A DNA stretch of 63,475 nt, filler included, from Octopus bimaculoides (Eukaryota), in NCBI RefSeq assembly GCF_001194135.2. It is 8 parts of 7 records of this genome, joined end to end, with 100 filler letters (N's around TTAATTAATTAA, not from the genome) between each part and the next. Parts side by side here need not be neighbours in the genome. Positions count along the whole stretch, not along the records: positions 60,830 to 63,475 come from NC_069005.1; 7 more parts are not named here. One strand, written 5' to 3'. Under the pieces are notes generated by a model. That model did no database searches. It was not told the origin of the DNA and was given only the letters and a program-made list of their open reading frames with translations. This document shows positions 63,021 through 63,475 of this stretch, piece after piece (position 1 is the stretch's first letter; the number at the start of each line of letters is the position of its first letter). The position numbers and the translations under genes are program-made.

Positions 63021-63475
63021 CAGAGGTTCTCAAACATTTTTTTACCCATCGGCCCCTTTGGCTCCCATTTTATTTGGGCGAAACCCCATGGCCATTCGAT
63101 GTTTAAAAAATCTTTTATTTTCATAATTGAATATCATCAGGAATTGTATAAAATTACGGAGATGTACTTGCATAGCAAGTGACCTGATCCGAGATCATGT
63201 GCTGGAACGAAAACAATTGCAGCGTGGAAGGTGTTTATAAGCCATTTAAAAACACACAAAAACCGTTAGATTCACTTCAACATTTAAATTTAATTTGTCA
63301 AAATACTTTCGTCGTTTTGAAACCGCGACCTGGTGTTCACTGACAAAATTCCGTGCTCCATCAATTTTGTCAGTGAATAGGTCGCGGTTTCAAAGCGACG
63401 AAAATATTTTGACAAATTAAATTTAAATATTGAAGAAGTGAATCTAACGGTTTTTGTGTGTTTTTAATTGTATAA
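63021..63475. mobile_element. hAT-like MITE start containing a long palindrome (63246-63467); runs off the window
   Basis: gtctagat-cagaggttctcaaac start; about 105-bp arms around a 12-nt loop. Confidence 0.7.

Overview
Repeat-rich, gappy, AT-rich animal genomic DNA. The SINE families and very dense (TA)n/(CA)n/(GA)n/(ATT)n microsatellites point to an octopus genome; this is inferred from repeat style, not from a database search. Seven 100-nt N44-TTAATTAATTAA-N44 spacers split the window into separately assembled blocks, so adjacency across them is uncertain. Most ORFs in the track are microsatellite or N artefacts. Host coding sequence I can support: (1) at 20.8-27.2 kb (+), three mutually homologous, apparently secreted coiled-coil modules, each ending at a phase-1 GT donor, two with a visible signal peptide and two sharing L-[EQ]-P-C-x12-C; (2) at 48.6-50.7 kb (+), two spliced exons of a Y_phosphatase3/IphP-MptpB-type phosphatase with P-loop NCTFGKDRTG; (3) a tentative chain of small minus-strand exons at 0.3-7.6 kb in a CpG-depleted block, with a CpG-rich promoter-like patch at 15.5 kb. 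Mobile DNA includes RTE, CR1/L2-like and R4/Dong-like LINE relics, several mariner relics, hAT- and Tigger-like MITEs, a Helitron 3' end interrupted by two mariners, a decayed Penelope-like RT, and Penelope-type repeat ends carrying minimal hammerhead ribozyme motifs (16.4, 30.9 and 47.9 kb). The best candidate for something new is the coiled-coil module cluster, which is either a tandem gene family or a variable-first-exon array.
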